NCBI GenBank assembly: GCA_008080735.1
Contig: SHMW01000003.1
Coordinates: 60,571 to 124,570 of the forward strand
Direction: 5' to 3'
Origin: Promethearchaeota archaeon
GTDB taxonomy: Archaea; Asgardarchaeota; Lokiarchaeia; Sigyniarchaeales; SOKP01
DNA length: 64,000 nt
Under the pieces are notes generated by a model that saw only the letters and a list, made by a program, of their open reading frames with translations, was not told the DNA's origin and searched no databases. Both the position numbers and the translations under genes were made by a program. Of this stretch, positions 51,417 through 62,046 are shown one piece after another. The stretch's first letter is position 1. Each line of letters starts with the position of its first letter.

Positions 51417-52655
51417 CTATTGTAGATTTCTTGGTATCTCGATTTCTAAATCACTCAGAGGATAGGATGAACACGGATGAAAATAGTTAAATTTCTTATC
51501 AGCTTCTCTTCTCCAGTCACTCACAGGTGAAATAAAAATATCTCCCTCCAATAATAGAGAGCGGCAAAAACCACATTCTCCTGATCGACATTTGGATGGA
51601 GGACCAATTTTGGCTCTCTCTAGCGCAATTAAGACAGATTCTGTTGATTTCCCAGGAATATCCTTTATAATTTTCCCAATATGTACTTTGATATTAAAAG
51701 TCTTATTCGCAAGATTATTGGGGAATCCTGGGAATTTCTCAATATTTTTAATTTCGCCGAAAGCTTCTCGTCTTATTTGTTTTGGGGTTAGATCAAGTTT
51801 TTGCAATTCGTCTTCAACAAACTCGTACATTAGCTGCGGACCACATATAAAAAAACTTGAAGTCTCCACGTCAGCATATTTTTTTATGATCTCCGCAGTA
51901 ATGAAACCCGTCTCGCATCCTTGCAAAGAAACCTCGTCACAACTTAACACAAATACAACATTGAGCTTATTTGGATTTTTTTGTTCTAACTCCATCAATT
52001 TATCATAAAAAATAATATCATTCTCATCACTGCATCCATATATTATAGTGAGTTTTGCGTTTAAGGTCCCGTCATTAATACTTTTTGCCATCGATAGAAA
52101 TGGTGTAATACCAGATCCCCCTGCTAATCCTACAATTTGTGGATAATCTCTTAATGGTTCATAATAAAAAAATCCTTCTGGCCCAGAAGATGTCACCTTT
52201 GTTCCTACATTCCAATTATCCCAAATATAGGGAGTAAAGAATCCACCCTCTTCTTCCTTTTTGATTGTCAATTTATAAAAACCTTCTAAAGCTTCTTTTG
52301 GACTCGAAGATATGGAATAGGGTCTTGTTATCAGATCTCCATTCACCAAAACCTTAAGACTGAGATATTGACCGGGACGAAAATACGCAAGATTTTTAGT
52401 TTTTGAATCTGGGTCTGGAATTAATTTATAGGTTTTGGTTGATTTTGTATTATCTATAATTCCATCTATTACTAAATATTGTCTATTCGGATGTAGTTTT
52501 TCTGCAAGATCATTAACGGGATCTTCTTTAATTGGCTCAGCTGAGGCCTTCTGTATTCGCTTTTTTCTTTGAGGGACTAATTTTGTAAATGCTAAAATGT
52601 CTTTTGTATTACTCCTTATAGTTAAATCAACTCTTTCATAATCCTTCTTACTCAT
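51417..52655 (-). CDS. FAD/NAD-binding ferredoxin reductase with C-terminal 2Fe-2S domain
   Basis: FRPGQY, RPYSISS, AGGSGITP, CGP, CRSGECGFC...HPC. Confidence 0.9.
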   Translation of the reverse strand: MSKKDYERVDLTIRSNTKDILAFTKLVPQRKKRIQKASAEPIKEDPVNDLAEKLHPNRQYLVIDGIIDNTKSTKTYKLIPDPDSKTKNLAYFRPGQYLSLKVLVNGDLITRPYSISSSPKEALEGFYKLTIKKEEEGGFFTPYIWDNWNVGTKVTSSGPEGFFYYEPLRDYPQIVGLAGGSGITPFLSMAKSINDGTLNAKLTIIYGCSDENDIIFYDKLMELEQKNPNKLNVVFVLSCDEVSLQGCETGFITAEIIKKYADVETSSFFICGPQLMYEFVEDELQKLDLTPKQIRREAFGEIKNIEKFPGFPNNLANKTFNIKVHIGKIIKDIPGKSTESVLIALERAKIGPPSKCRSGECGFCRSLLLEGDIFISPVSDWRREADKKFNYFHPCSSYPLSDLEIEIPRNLQ

Positions 52656-54222
52656 TTGAACCTCCCCCTTTCTTTATATCTCGTAGTGTTAATAAGGCCA
52701 TTGTATGCCCATCTGACATAGAACTACTATATCCATGACAACGCGCACCAAATCCTCCAGCAAATCTGAGACCTTTTATATGAACATCATCTTCCATGGA
52801 CATTAATCTTGGAACAAGAGAATCCCAAGATTCGGGTTCATATCCATATATGACTCCATTATATGTACCTGTATATCGAGCGTAGGTTTCTGGAGTGGCT
52901 ATTTCTATCTCCTCAATATGGTCTTTAATAGGAGCTCCAGTTGCCTCTTCAAATTGCTCAATCAACCCTTCAGCAATCTGAGTTTTAAGTTTAAAATAAT
53001 CTTCTGGTTTCACATCTTCCCATACTTTTGGATCGAATAAGGTAGTGATATACATAAGGGTTGTTCCTTTAGGAGAACACTCTGGTATTGCATTATTGAT
53101 TACGACTGTCGCTTGACCCGATGGGGTTTTCAATTCACTCCACGAATCATAAACGGATTCAGTATTCATATCATCCATAATGAAATAGCTATATTCTTTT
53201 AGACCTAACTCTTCTACGGGAGCATCCAATCCTAGAAATACACAAAATGCACTCATTCCATGAATTCTAGCATTTACTTCCTTATATGCGATTTCTGGAA
53301 CTTCGGATTTAGGAGAGATTAATTTGTTATACGCTAAGGTTGGAGAGGCATTACAAATAATATGATTTGTCTTCAAATGATCCCCATTAGAAGTTTCAAC
53401 CCCAATCACTTGCCCATCTTCAACTAAAATCTTTTCTACGGTGGTATTATATAATATATTAGCGCCGAATTCTCTTATCTTCGCATCTAATGCGGCTGTA
53501 TAGCCATGAGATCGATTTATTGGGATATATGCACCTTTTTCTATATATACTAAAACCATTGATGCAAAAATCGTGAAATTAATTCTATTCATTGGAAGAC
53601 CCAGATAAGCCCAATATGCATTTAAGATTTTCTGTGCTTTTTCTGGAATTCCTAATGCGTTTTCCACCTCTTCAGCTGAATACGCTGCTGTCCTTAAAAA
53701 ATTGGTATATTCTTTCATTAATGTTCCTTGATCAGGATTCCCCTGGGTATGAGCTATATATCCAAATGCAGCTCGTATTTCTTTCGCAAGATTAAAAAAT
53801 TTCTCAACGGATTCTCTACTGCCGGGAACACACTCTTCCATCTTATCTAAAAAATGTTCTACTCCAAAGGGCATTGTAATATCCATTTTATTATCGGGGT
53901 CAGTTAAGACAAGCTTATAGGCTTCTGGGACTCTCGCAAATTCTGCATCAAGCCCTAACTTATCTTCAAAAAGCTTTCTTATCCCTCCTTTGTTATCGGA
54001 TGGCCCATAATCGGCCAGTTCGTGTAAAGAAGCTTCAAATTCAAAACGCCCCCTTACGAAACTAGTAGCAAAACCTCCAGGTAAATTATGGCGCTCGATT
54101 AAAAGAACTTTTAAACCTTCTTTCGCTAAGGTCGCACCTGCAATTAGACCTCCATTTCCAGCACCGACAATTATTGCATCATAGCTATCTTGTATTTGTT
54201 GATTTTCTAATATTTGAGTCAT
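52648..54222 (-). CDS. Phytoene dehydrogenase-like FAD-dependent oxidoreductase
   Basis: GAGNGG, ERHNLPGGFATSF.RGRFEFE, ATP.T..RYT...G.IYG; overlaps the reductase start. Confidence 0.88.
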   Translation of the reverse strand: MTQILENQQIQDSYDAIIVGAGNGGLIAGATLAKEGLKVLLIERHNLPGGFATSFVRGRFEFEASLHELADYGPSDNKGGIRKLFEDKLGLDAEFARVPEAYKLVLTDPDNKMDITMPFGVEHFLDKMEECVPGSRESVEKFFNLAKEIRAAFGYIAHTQGNPDQGTLMKEYTNFLRTAAYSAEEVENALGIPEKAQKILNAYWAYLGLPMNRINFTIFASMVLVYIEKGAYIPINRSHGYTAALDAKIREFGANILYNTTVEKILVEDGQVIGVETSNGDHLKTNHIICNASPTLAYNKLISPKSEVPEIAYKEVNARIHGMSAFCVFLGLDAPVEELGLKEYSYFIMDDMNTESVYDSWSELKTPSGQATVVINNAIPECSPKGTTLMYITTLFDPKVWEDVKPEDYFKLKTQIAEGLIEQFEEATGAPIKDHIEEIEIATPETYARYTGTYNGVIYGYEPESWDSLVPRLMSMEDDVHIKGLRFAGGFGARCHGYSSSMSDGHTMALLTLRDIKKGGGSNE

Positions 54223-54459
54223 TTTTTTGTACTACTTTTAATTGATTGTTAGATACATTAGTTTGTTTCTTAATTATATTTATCTTTTTCGAATATTCCT
54301 CTTCATTTTTGCAATTTTGAAAATCAAAATTTAATAGCTTTAATTTATTATAGATCGATCTATAAGACAAAAAATATGAGGTGGTTAATCTAATTGTTAA
54401 ATATTTTCAATATAATGCCACTTTCTATTAACAGACATTTTAAAGGATAGCTTAAAGTC

Positions 54460-55320
54460 TTATTTTCTTGATGGATTTGCATAGCAATAGATACAATTAT
54501 GCTTACATTTAAAAACACCATTATATCCACCTATATCTTTAGATTTATAGCACCCACAAGCATCTCTCTGTGCATTATCTTTTTGCTTTTTAATTCGCTC
54601 CCCAATTATTCTTTCAATTTTAAAGGCATCAATGCATTGTGCTTGCTGAATCCCTTCAATACTTAAAAGATCTGGTTGACAGCATGCTCTCATTTCGAGA
54701 TTATATTTCTCGCAAATTTTTAATAATCTTTCTAAAATGGCTCTTTTCTTTTTTAATGGAGGGTCTATTAGACTGTAACCCCGAGCATGCATTCTCCGTT
54801 TAACTTTAGCATATGGAGTCGCAAATGAAAAAATAAGTTCATTTAATCCTAGTTTTGAAACTTTAGAAATAATACTTTCGAACTCGCTTAAATTACTTCT
54901 TATTTTATCTGAGCCTTTTTTATTATATATTATGATAGGATCAAACCTATAATTAACAGCGATTTTACCGAAATGAGTCACTAGCCAATCTAATTGATCC
55001 AATCTTTCTTGAATTGAGACATTCAGATTGGATTCTAATTCGGAAGGAGAATTAATAGTGAATTGGAAGGAGTGCCCTTTATATTTGGTAAATAAATCCT
55101 TGTATGTCTTATAATAACGAATCCAATCCGAAAAGTCTTTAGACCACCATACCCAACATTTAACATCATTAGGATCCAAAGAAACTTTAGATACTTGGTT
55201 TTTATTGTAAGGATTAACCACTTCTACAAAACCATTTTTTATTTTCTCTATCACCCAATTCATAAGAAAAGCGGGGATGTCAGTACGCCTAGAACAAGAA
55301 ATTATTTCAGACTTTTTCAT
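54460..55320 (-). CDS. DUF1848 family protein
   Basis: IIS.SRRTDIPAF, V.NPYN, RFDPI, QR..CGC..S.DIG.Y, CKHNCIYCYAN. Confidence 0.9.
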   Translation of the reverse strand: MKKSEIISCSRRTDIPAFLMNWVIEKIKNGFVEVVNPYNKNQVSKVSLDPNDVKCWVWWSKDFSDWIRYYKTYKDLFTKYKGHSFQFTINSPSELESNLNVSIQERLDQLDWLVTHFGKIAVNYRFDPIIIYNKKGSDKIRSNLSEFESIISKVSKLGLNELIFSFATPYAKVKRRMHARGYSLIDPPLKKKRAILERLLKICEKYNLEMRACCQPDLLSIEGIQQAQCIDAFKIERIIGERIKKQKDNAQRDACGCYKSKDIGGYNGVFKCKHNCIYCYANPSRK

Positions 55321-55460
55321 ACAATAAAGATACCAGTATTATTATTTACTTAGAATAATGATTTCACAGTTTAATAGTTATCAAGAATTATTTTTAATAT
55401 AAGAAAATAAAAGAGTATATAAAAATCAAAATTTAAAATTTTAGATAGCTTAAATAGAGA

Positions 55461-55922
55461 TTACCTCACAATTAAAACATCGCACCCTGCAGTGTTAACA
55501 ACTTTATCAGGCACGGTTCCCACAAATGTGCGTTTAAGTTTACTATGACTGCCTTTGCAACCCAGCACTACTAAGTTAATATTCTCCTCTTCTACGATTT
55601 TCTCAATGTAATCTTCTGGGGGGATATCATATATCAAACGGGTTTCAATTTCTATTCCTGATTCTTTGAATAATTCTTCTGCTTCCTTTAGTACTTTTCT
55701 TCCTCGGTTTACATAATCTTCGTGAATCTGTAAAGATATGACCGAACCCCCTCCACCTCCTAAATAACTCGGATTTACTTCGCTAAGATGATGGAGTACA
55801 GAATGAAATGCAATTATTTCGCTGTTAAACTTCTTTTGTAATTCAATTAGTCTTTTAGTCGCTCTTCGAGAATTATCTGAATCGTCTAAACCTATTAGAA
55901 TTTTATCATACATTTTAATCAC
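55461..55922 (-). CDS. Universal stress protein
   Basis: KILIGLDDS, VVLG.KG, VGTV.DKV...A.CDVLIVR. Confidence 0.92.
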   Translation of the reverse strand: MIKMYDKILIGLDDSDNSRRATKRLIELQKKFNSEIIAFHSVLHHLSEVNPSYLGGGGGSVISLQIHEDYVNRGRKVLKEAEELFKESGIEIETRLIYDIPPEDYIEKIVEEENINLVVLGCKGSHSKLKRTFVGTVPDKVVNTAGCDVLIVR

Positions 55923-56131
55923 CTTAAATTAGATTATCATTAAATTATATCAAAAAGTAGATTATAAGTCTACGCCTAACAAAATATTAATGCACGTTCT
56001 AATTTACTTTAGGTGGAATCTTAATATGGACGATATTTTTACAATTTATAAAATTGAGTCATAAAAAATTGAAAAAAAATAAGTTCTGAGTGCTTTAATA
56101 AAAAATAATCTATTTATGATCTTTTAACTTA

Positions 56132-58639
56132 TTATAGCTCAACTAAATTTATCGTATATCCTCGTTCTAATTGACTTTTAGAAATATTATTCAGTTGCTT
56201 TTCATTAAGAACAATATTTATAGTACTATTGGGGATTTCTCTGGCTTTTATTAGTATTTTATTTTTCTCTTTTATCTTCTTTAGGTTAATTTTTATGATG
56301 TGTTTATTGAGTATAAAATCTTCGATCTGAATTCCACATATACCCCATAGTTTCTTGAATTTATAATCAATAAAAATATCTCCAAAATGTTTTTTCGTGT
56401 ATGCTGTTGCCATTGCGGCAGTACCTACACCCCAATCAAACATAACATATCCAGGCACTCGGAAATCAATGCCGCTATGACCATAATTTTCACATACACA
56501 CCCTCTATCCACCCCATCTAGCGTTTCTATTCCCTCCAAATTACCAGAACAAATTTCCTCATATTCAGTAAGCAATTGAAGTGCCCATGATGCTCTTAAG
56601 GCTGCTATCCCTCGTTCCATATATTCTTCCTTACCAGTTTCAAGATAATATTCCATGTATGTTCTGACAAAAAGAGCTTGTCTCGCATCGCTAAGTTCGG
56701 CATCTGCATTTTGGACTCCGAAACCTCCAAAGGTGTTGAAACTTATATACGGCATATCCCAGACTTGTTGGAACAGAGAAAGAATTGAAAGAATATGTTC
56801 ACCAATTTCGAGATATTTATATTCTTTGGTAATAGTATATAGTTCCTTAAAACCTTCGGCGCACCAATAAATACATAGCGTATTCATTACATGATTGTCT
56901 GTGTAAAAATCATAGAAATTAAGTGGTAATCGCGTACATGAATAAAAGGGTTCAAAATCGTGCCATTTATTTTCTGATAAAATATCATTTTCGAGGAAGG
57001 TGGCGATTCTTTCAGCAATTGTCAGGATCTCTTCATTTTTAGTTATTTTAAATAATTCCATCAAAAACATCAAAGTTGCCCCCGAACTTGCTGAATTTAA
57101 AAGATCTTCATTTATCATCATTTTGTTATCCTTGGTCAGCTTTATATAAGTTGGAATGGCGCCATTTTCTAATTGGATTGCTTTTATAAACTCTTTTAAT
57201 TGATTTGATTTTCTAATAATTAAATTATTATTCTCAAAATCATGGTTTAATTTAAGGGCCCAGTACATTGCTAAACAAGAATCAACTACATGGTATTCAT
57301 CCGTAAACATAAATGCTTTTACTCCGTTGATAAAAGAAAATTCATCTGCATTATTTTTTGCGGGCAATATTATGCTAGGAAGAAGTCCTTTGTTTCTGGG
57401 CAGTTGGAGTAGAGTATTTAAAATTTTGTTTGCCTTCTTAGTTAGTTTATCATTATGCCAATAATGTCCGAAGAACATAAGCCCATAAGCTGTTCGAATG
57501 TTTAAAAACCATGCATTATTCCACACTTCCGCAACTCTACGCACTATAGGGTGATGACGTGTGACCTTATCAAAAAGCTTAATCCACCGTGGAGAAGAAG
57601 AAAGCGTATTTATAATCTTACCTAAAAATGAAGTCGTCCCCGCGATCTCTTTCATTCTTTTCTTGCTATGCTTTTCTAAATCATCTGGTGTAATATATTC
57701 CATGGGGCTTTTGGCTTTTCCCATCCAACTTCGTTGCCATATCCCCCCACATTCCACACCATTCATAAAAAACTCACCCCAATACTCATGTCGCTCAAAA
57801 ATTGCTTTAAAACCCTCTTCTACATTTATTTGATATGGAAGGATTTGAGGTATTAGACTATTATTTAGATAATTTGTACCGTATTTATTCCAAAACCATT
57901 TATTAGTATCTTGTATTATTTCTTGACGGGATTTATTATTGTACATTTTGAGGTAGTATCCGAAAGCTACAGTTCTTGCTTTTTTAAGTTTGATTTTGTC
58001 TCTTCTTTTATGTTTAAAAAATACGTGATCAATTGGTTTTGATTTACCGAAACCATAAGAAATATATGCAAGATTTTTATGGCTTTTTATAACATTTAGA
58101 TTTAAAAACTTAGGAAATTGTCGATCTTTTGCAAGGATATCGAGGTCGGGATAAAGAGCGAAAGCGATATCATTTTTCTTATAAATTATTACCGGAGATC
58201 GAAAAACATGGTCCGAAATTACATAATCTTTTTCAGGTCTTAAATGAGGAACCCAAATAAAATCAGCTTTACCATCCAATAGAATTTGATAGATTGCTTG
58301 AATTCCAGAAAATTTCTGATTATCTTTCCTTGGATTAATTTTATATTCAAAATGAATTATATCTGTATCGATATAGCGAATTTTTAACCCAATCTTATTA
58401 GTTTTTTCTGTGAAAAATATCGCTTCATTCTTGTCGATTTTATTCAATTTTAATGGAACAGAAGATTTTGACCATCGTTTTGAAAAAATCAACGTCGAGT
58501 AATTTTTTACACTTCCGAGAATTGGGACCCAATTACTTTTGATTTTAATCTCAAGTTTCTCAGATAACAAATCTTCAGTTTCTATCCAAGATACTCGAAT
58601 TGTATTAGTTCCTAAAAATTTTCTAGAAATTTCTCTCAC
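56132..58639 (-). CDS. Large hypothetical protein, probable alpha/alpha-toroid (glycoside hydrolase/epimerase-like) C-terminal domain
   Basis: 835-aa ORF with helical repeats ELY.ITK...YL..GE, Y..TG..EY.ERG.AAL and Q.ENG motifs. Confidence 0.6.
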   Translation of the reverse strand: MREISRKFLGTNTIRVSWIETEDLLSEKLEIKIKSNWVPILGSVKNYSTLIFSKRWSKSSVPLKLNKIDKNEAIFFTEKTNKIGLKIRYIDTDIIHFEYKINPRKDNQKFSGIQAIYQILLDGKADFIWVPHLRPEKDYVISDHVFRSPVIIYKKNDIAFALYPDLDILAKDRQFPKFLNLNVIKSHKNLAYISYGFGKSKPIDHVFFKHKRRDKIKLKKARTVAFGYYLKMYNNKSRQEIIQDTNKWFWNKYGTNYLNNSLIPQILPYQINVEEGFKAIFERHEYWGEFFMNGVECGGIWQRSWMGKAKSPMEYITPDDLEKHSKKRMKEIAGTTSFLGKIINTLSSSPRWIKLFDKVTRHHPIVRRVAEVWNNAWFLNIRTAYGLMFFGHYWHNDKLTKKANKILNTLLQLPRNKGLLPSIILPAKNNADEFSFINGVKAFMFTDEYHVVDSCLAMYWALKLNHDFENNNLIIRKSNQLKEFIKAIQLENGAIPTYIKLTKDNKMMINEDLLNSASSGATLMFLMELFKITKNEEILTIAERIATFLENDILSENKWHDFEPFYSCTRLPLNFYDFYTDNHVMNTLCIYWCAEGFKELYTITKEYKYLEIGEHILSILSLFQQVWDMPYISFNTFGGFGVQNADAELSDARQALFVRTYMEYYLETGKEEYMERGIAALRASWALQLLTEYEEICSGNLEGIETLDGVDRGCVCENYGHSGIDFRVPGYVMFDWGVGTAAMATAYTKKHFGDIFIDYKFKKLWGICGIQIEDFILNKHIIKINLKKIKEKNKILIKAREIPNSTINIVLNEKQLNNISKSQLERGYTINLVEL

Positions 58640-58743
58640 CGTTACTCGATCTTATTTACTTTCCCAAAAGAATTTTGTACTAAGAAAAAATTGTCGTAAA
58701 AAGCTTAAAAATTTTTAAAAATAAAGAAAATTTGAAAAGATTA

Positions 58744-60114
58744 TTATATTTTGAGAGGATAGCCCGCAGCTTTCCAAGCTTTCATACTTCCAAGGGTGGT
58801 ATAAACTTCTTTAAACCCATTATTTACCAAAATACTAGATCCAAGACTTGCGCGTGCTCCATTTCCACAATAAGTCGCAATTGGTTTCTCTTTGTCTAAC
58901 TCATCAAGCTTTTCTTCCAAATACCCAATATAGATATGTGTTGAACCTTCAATATATCCTTCCTCCCTCTCAGATAAAGTTCGCACATCTAATATGGTCA
59001 TTTCTATGTTGTTATCCATCTTTTTTTTTAATTGATGGACAGTAATTAAATTAATTGCTTCAATTGGGAAACTTGCACTGTACCAACCTATAATACCTCC
59101 AACTAAGTATCCTTTTATATCATCATATCCGATTCTTAACAAAGATTTATGAGCATCGTTTAGATGAGCAAAATCTTTAACAACCAAATAAATTGGTTCG
59201 TCATAGGGGATGGTCCATCCTACGAATGACGGGAGTCCATCCAACCAAATATTATATGAACCTTTAATATGAGCACTACCAAAATCGTTAGGATTCCGAG
59301 TATCTAAAATTACCCCTCTTTCCTCAATCTTTTGCTTAAATTCTCCCGGTAAGAAAGATTTAAATCGAGGTATTGTTTTAAGCAGAGGGGGTCCTTCTAA
59401 ATTGTATTTCTCCATACGTTGAAAATAAGGTGAATAATAATGATTCTCTGATTTCTTTATTTCTATGAATTCATCTTTAATTACATATTGAAGATCTGGA
59501 TTCTGTTTACGTTCAAGACCGATGGTACTATGCTCTCTTTCACTGATCCCCGCACCACAGACGGAACCAGCACCATGTGCGGGACAAATAATTGCTTGAT
59601 CACCTAACGGAATAAGTTTGTTAAATATACTATCATATAGGTTTCCCGCTAATCGATCTTCCTCTTCAGGACCATACATATCAATGCGTCCTGTATCTCC
59701 AACAAATAGAGTATCACCAGTAAATACCAATACCGCATTATCCCCTGAAGTTTTATCAAAAATCGCATAGGATGTACTTTCATCAGTATGCCCGGGAGTA
59801 TGGATTGCTCGTATTGTGAGATCACCTACATGAAATTCCTGTCCGTCTTTTATCGTATTCCCATATTTCCAATCAAGTCCAGGTCCATGATAAATTTCTA
59901 AATCGACATTATCGGCAATTTCTAAGGACCCAATAACGTAATCTTCATTTCTATGAGTTTCAAAAATATATTTAATTTCAACCTGATTCTCAAATGCTTT
60001 TTTAAGATATATTTTCGCATCCCTTCGAGGATCTATGACACACGACTCATTTCCAGATGCTAAAAAATAGGATATATGAGCTAAACCCTCGCTTTTTATT
60101 CGTTTTAAAATCAT
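58744..60114 (-). CDS. MBL-fold hydrolase with two rhodanese domains (persulfide dioxygenase-sulfurtransferase-like)
   Basis: ETHRNEDY, TPGHT, FTGDTLF, PAHGAGSVCG, LDVR...E..G.I.G, YCGNGAR. Confidence 0.9.
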   Translation of the reverse strand: MILKRIKSEGLAHISYFLASGNESCVIDPRRDAKIYLKKAFENQVEIKYIFETHRNEDYVIGSLEIADNVDLEIYHGPGLDWKYGNTIKDGQEFHVGDLTIRAIHTPGHTDESTSYAIFDKTSGDNAVLVFTGDTLFVGDTGRIDMYGPEEEDRLAGNLYDSIFNKLIPLGDQAIICPAHGAGSVCGAGISEREHSTIGLERKQNPDLQYVIKDEFIEIKKSENHYYSPYFQRMEKYNLEGPPLLKTIPRFKSFLPGEFKQKIEERGVILDTRNPNDFGSAHIKGSYNIWLDGLPSFVGWTIPYDEPIYLVVKDFAHLNDAHKSLLRIGYDDIKGYLVGGIIGWYSASFPIEAINLITVHQLKKKMDNNIEMTILDVRTLSEREEGYIEGSTHIYIGYLEEKLDELDKEKPIATYCGNGARASLGSSILVNNGFKEVYTTLGSMKAWKAAGYPLKI

Positions 60115-60265
60115 TGCTAAACTTCCGTTATGTTTCGCTTATATATTGTTTTATCTTAGAATATGAAACTATAAAACCTTTTCATTAATATTTTAAAAAG
60201 AGAAGAAAATATATATATTAAAAAGTATCAATACTGATTAGGAACTGAATAAAACCATGCTTGCG

Positions 60266-60511
60266 TTATCTTAAATCTCTTTCGGGATTTAAATCTACTC
60301 TTGTAAAAATGTCTTCTATCTGTTCTATTGTTATCAGATCTTCTTCAACCATCTGCCTAACAAGTTTATATGCTCCACATTCATATTCTTTCTCCCAATA
60401 TTCTTGATCTTCCGCATAGAAATTACATTTATGGCATACAGTATTAATTAATTCTCGATTTAAAGGAGAAATATCCTCTTCCGTTCTTAAGATCTTATGT
60501 TTTTTTCCCAT
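60266..60511 (-). CDS. Small Cys-containing protein downstream of the radical SAM gene
   Basis: 81 aa; CHKCNFY...ECGAY; GGTCA RBS-like sequence upstream. Confidence 0.7.
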   Translation of the reverse strand: MGKKHKILRTEEDISPLNRELINTVCHKCNFYAEDQEYWEKEYECGAYKLVRQMVEEDLITIEQIEDIFTRVDLNPERDLR

Positions 60512-60569
60512 TTTTGTGACCTATTTTCATATCTTATTATTATATAATACTTTAAAGTAATATTTTATG

Positions 60570-61874
60570 TTAATCTTTCACCTTTCCAAACTGGTAGCAT
60601 TTATATGAATCAACCCCATAAATATTTCCAGTATGATGTTTAGCACGAAAACGACATCCACCTCTGCAATCATCTAAATATTCACATTCGATTTCAGCAC
60701 ATTCTAATGCGTGAATAGACCAATTGAGATTTTTTTGAACCATTTCCCAACTCTTTTTTAATCCTAGTTTAAATACATTACCAAGGGGTTCGTCGAAAAA
60801 AGTAAACCCACACTTACTTATATTTCCTAAGACATCCACAGCCATCAAATAAGGACCACAAGAATAGTCTACCTTTTCTCCCTCTGAAGGTGTGTCATAA
60901 ATTACACCCCATCCGTAATTTTTTAATATCTTACCCCCTTCTTCATAGGAAATTTCATATTTTTGTTTTATTTCTTCAGGAATATCCTTGTCAAAAGTTG
61001 GGATATCAATAGACCAGTTTTTTATCTCTCCCAAATCCGTGATAAGCTGATATAAATCTCCAAATTCATCAATATTTTGTTTATGAATCATTGTATTTAT
61101 TGATACACTTATATCTCGGTCTAACAAGGCTTTAATTCCTTTAATTGTTTCTTCGAAGCAACCGGCATTTCTAAAATCATTATGAGTTTGTTCCAATCCA
61201 TCCACGCTTACATAAACCTCAACATAATTTTTTTCAAGTAGATTAAAAATATAATCATCCGTATCATTAATTAACACTCCGTTTGTTAAAATCACTTTCT
61301 GGAGGGGTATTTCTATTAATATATCCAATAATTGTTCGAGTTGAGAGTATAAGAAAGGTTCTCCACCAGTCAATATGACCCGAATTCCTTGAAGGGAATC
61401 AAATTCCTCAATGAGTTCTATAATATCTTCTAGAGGCATGTCAACTTTATTCTTTTCTGTTATATAACAATGTTTACACGTTAGATTGCATCGTTCTGTG
61501 ATGTTTATCATTAAGTTTTTGAGATAAGGAGGATCAAATGGATTTTGAATTGGTAAATCATGATGTTTCAAAGATTTTATAGTGTTATCTGTTATTTCAG
61601 TATTAGCAAGCTTTATAATACCTAATTTATCAAATTGTTCGATCCCTTCACGCACTTCATCTTGTTTTCTTTTGGGAAACTTTTCTATTATCTGCTGAAC
61701 AGTTCGAAGACCATCAGCATATTTTAATAATGTATACGCTTCCTGGTCGATGATATATGATTCTTCATTCCTTAGATCGTAAATATCATATTCCCTATAT
61801 TTTCTGAGAACGATATTTGGAGGGAGATACGGATATGAGGTAAGATTCATACTTACGATCGGACTTAAGAGCAT
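60570..61874 (-). CDS. Radical SAM/SPASM enzyme with N-terminal PqqD-like (RRE) domain
   Basis: N-terminal ...YDLRNEESYIIDQEAYTLLKYADGLRTVQQII; CNLTCKHC; TGGEP; SVDG; SPASM C...GNISKC...C..ECEYLDDCRGGC...KC. Confidence 0.88.
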   Translation of the reverse strand: MLLSPIVSMNLTSYPYLPPNIVLRKYREYDIYDLRNEESYIIDQEAYTLLKYADGLRTVQQIIEKFPKRKQDEVREGIEQFDKLGIIKLANTEITDNTIKSLKHHDLPIQNPFDPPYLKNLMINITERCNLTCKHCYITEKNKVDMPLEDIIELIEEFDSLQGIRVILTGGEPFLYSQLEQLLDILIEIPLQKVILTNGVLINDTDDYIFNLLEKNYVEVYVSVDGLEQTHNDFRNAGCFEETIKGIKALLDRDISVSINTMIHKQNIDEFGDLYQLITDLGEIKNWSIDIPTFDKDIPEEIKQKYEISYEEGGKILKNYGWGVIYDTPSEGEKVDYSCGPYLMAVDVLGNISKCGFTFFDEPLGNVFKLGLKKSWEMVQKNLNWSIHALECAEIECEYLDDCRGGCRFRAKHHTGNIYGVDSYKCYQFGKVKD

Positions 61875-61907
61875 AAAAAATTTCTTGTAATATTATAAAA
61901 AAACAAC

Positions 61908-61961
61908 TTAAGCATAGCCATAATCAAGAAAGAGATAATATCTATCACTTTCATATCCCAT
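61908..61961 (-). CDS. Candidate Tyr-rich RiPP precursor peptide (17 aa); not in the ORF track
   Basis: MGYESDRYYLFLDYGYA-TAA, 33 nt upstream of the radical SAM gene on the same strand. Confidence 0.4.
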   Translation of the reverse strand: MGYESDRYYLFLDYGYA

Positions 61962-62046
61962 TTTTTGTTTTTTCAATCCTTTTATTTGTTAAATACACGC
62001 TCTCTAAGTACTTCTTGAATTTATATTAAGTGAATGTATAGAGTTT

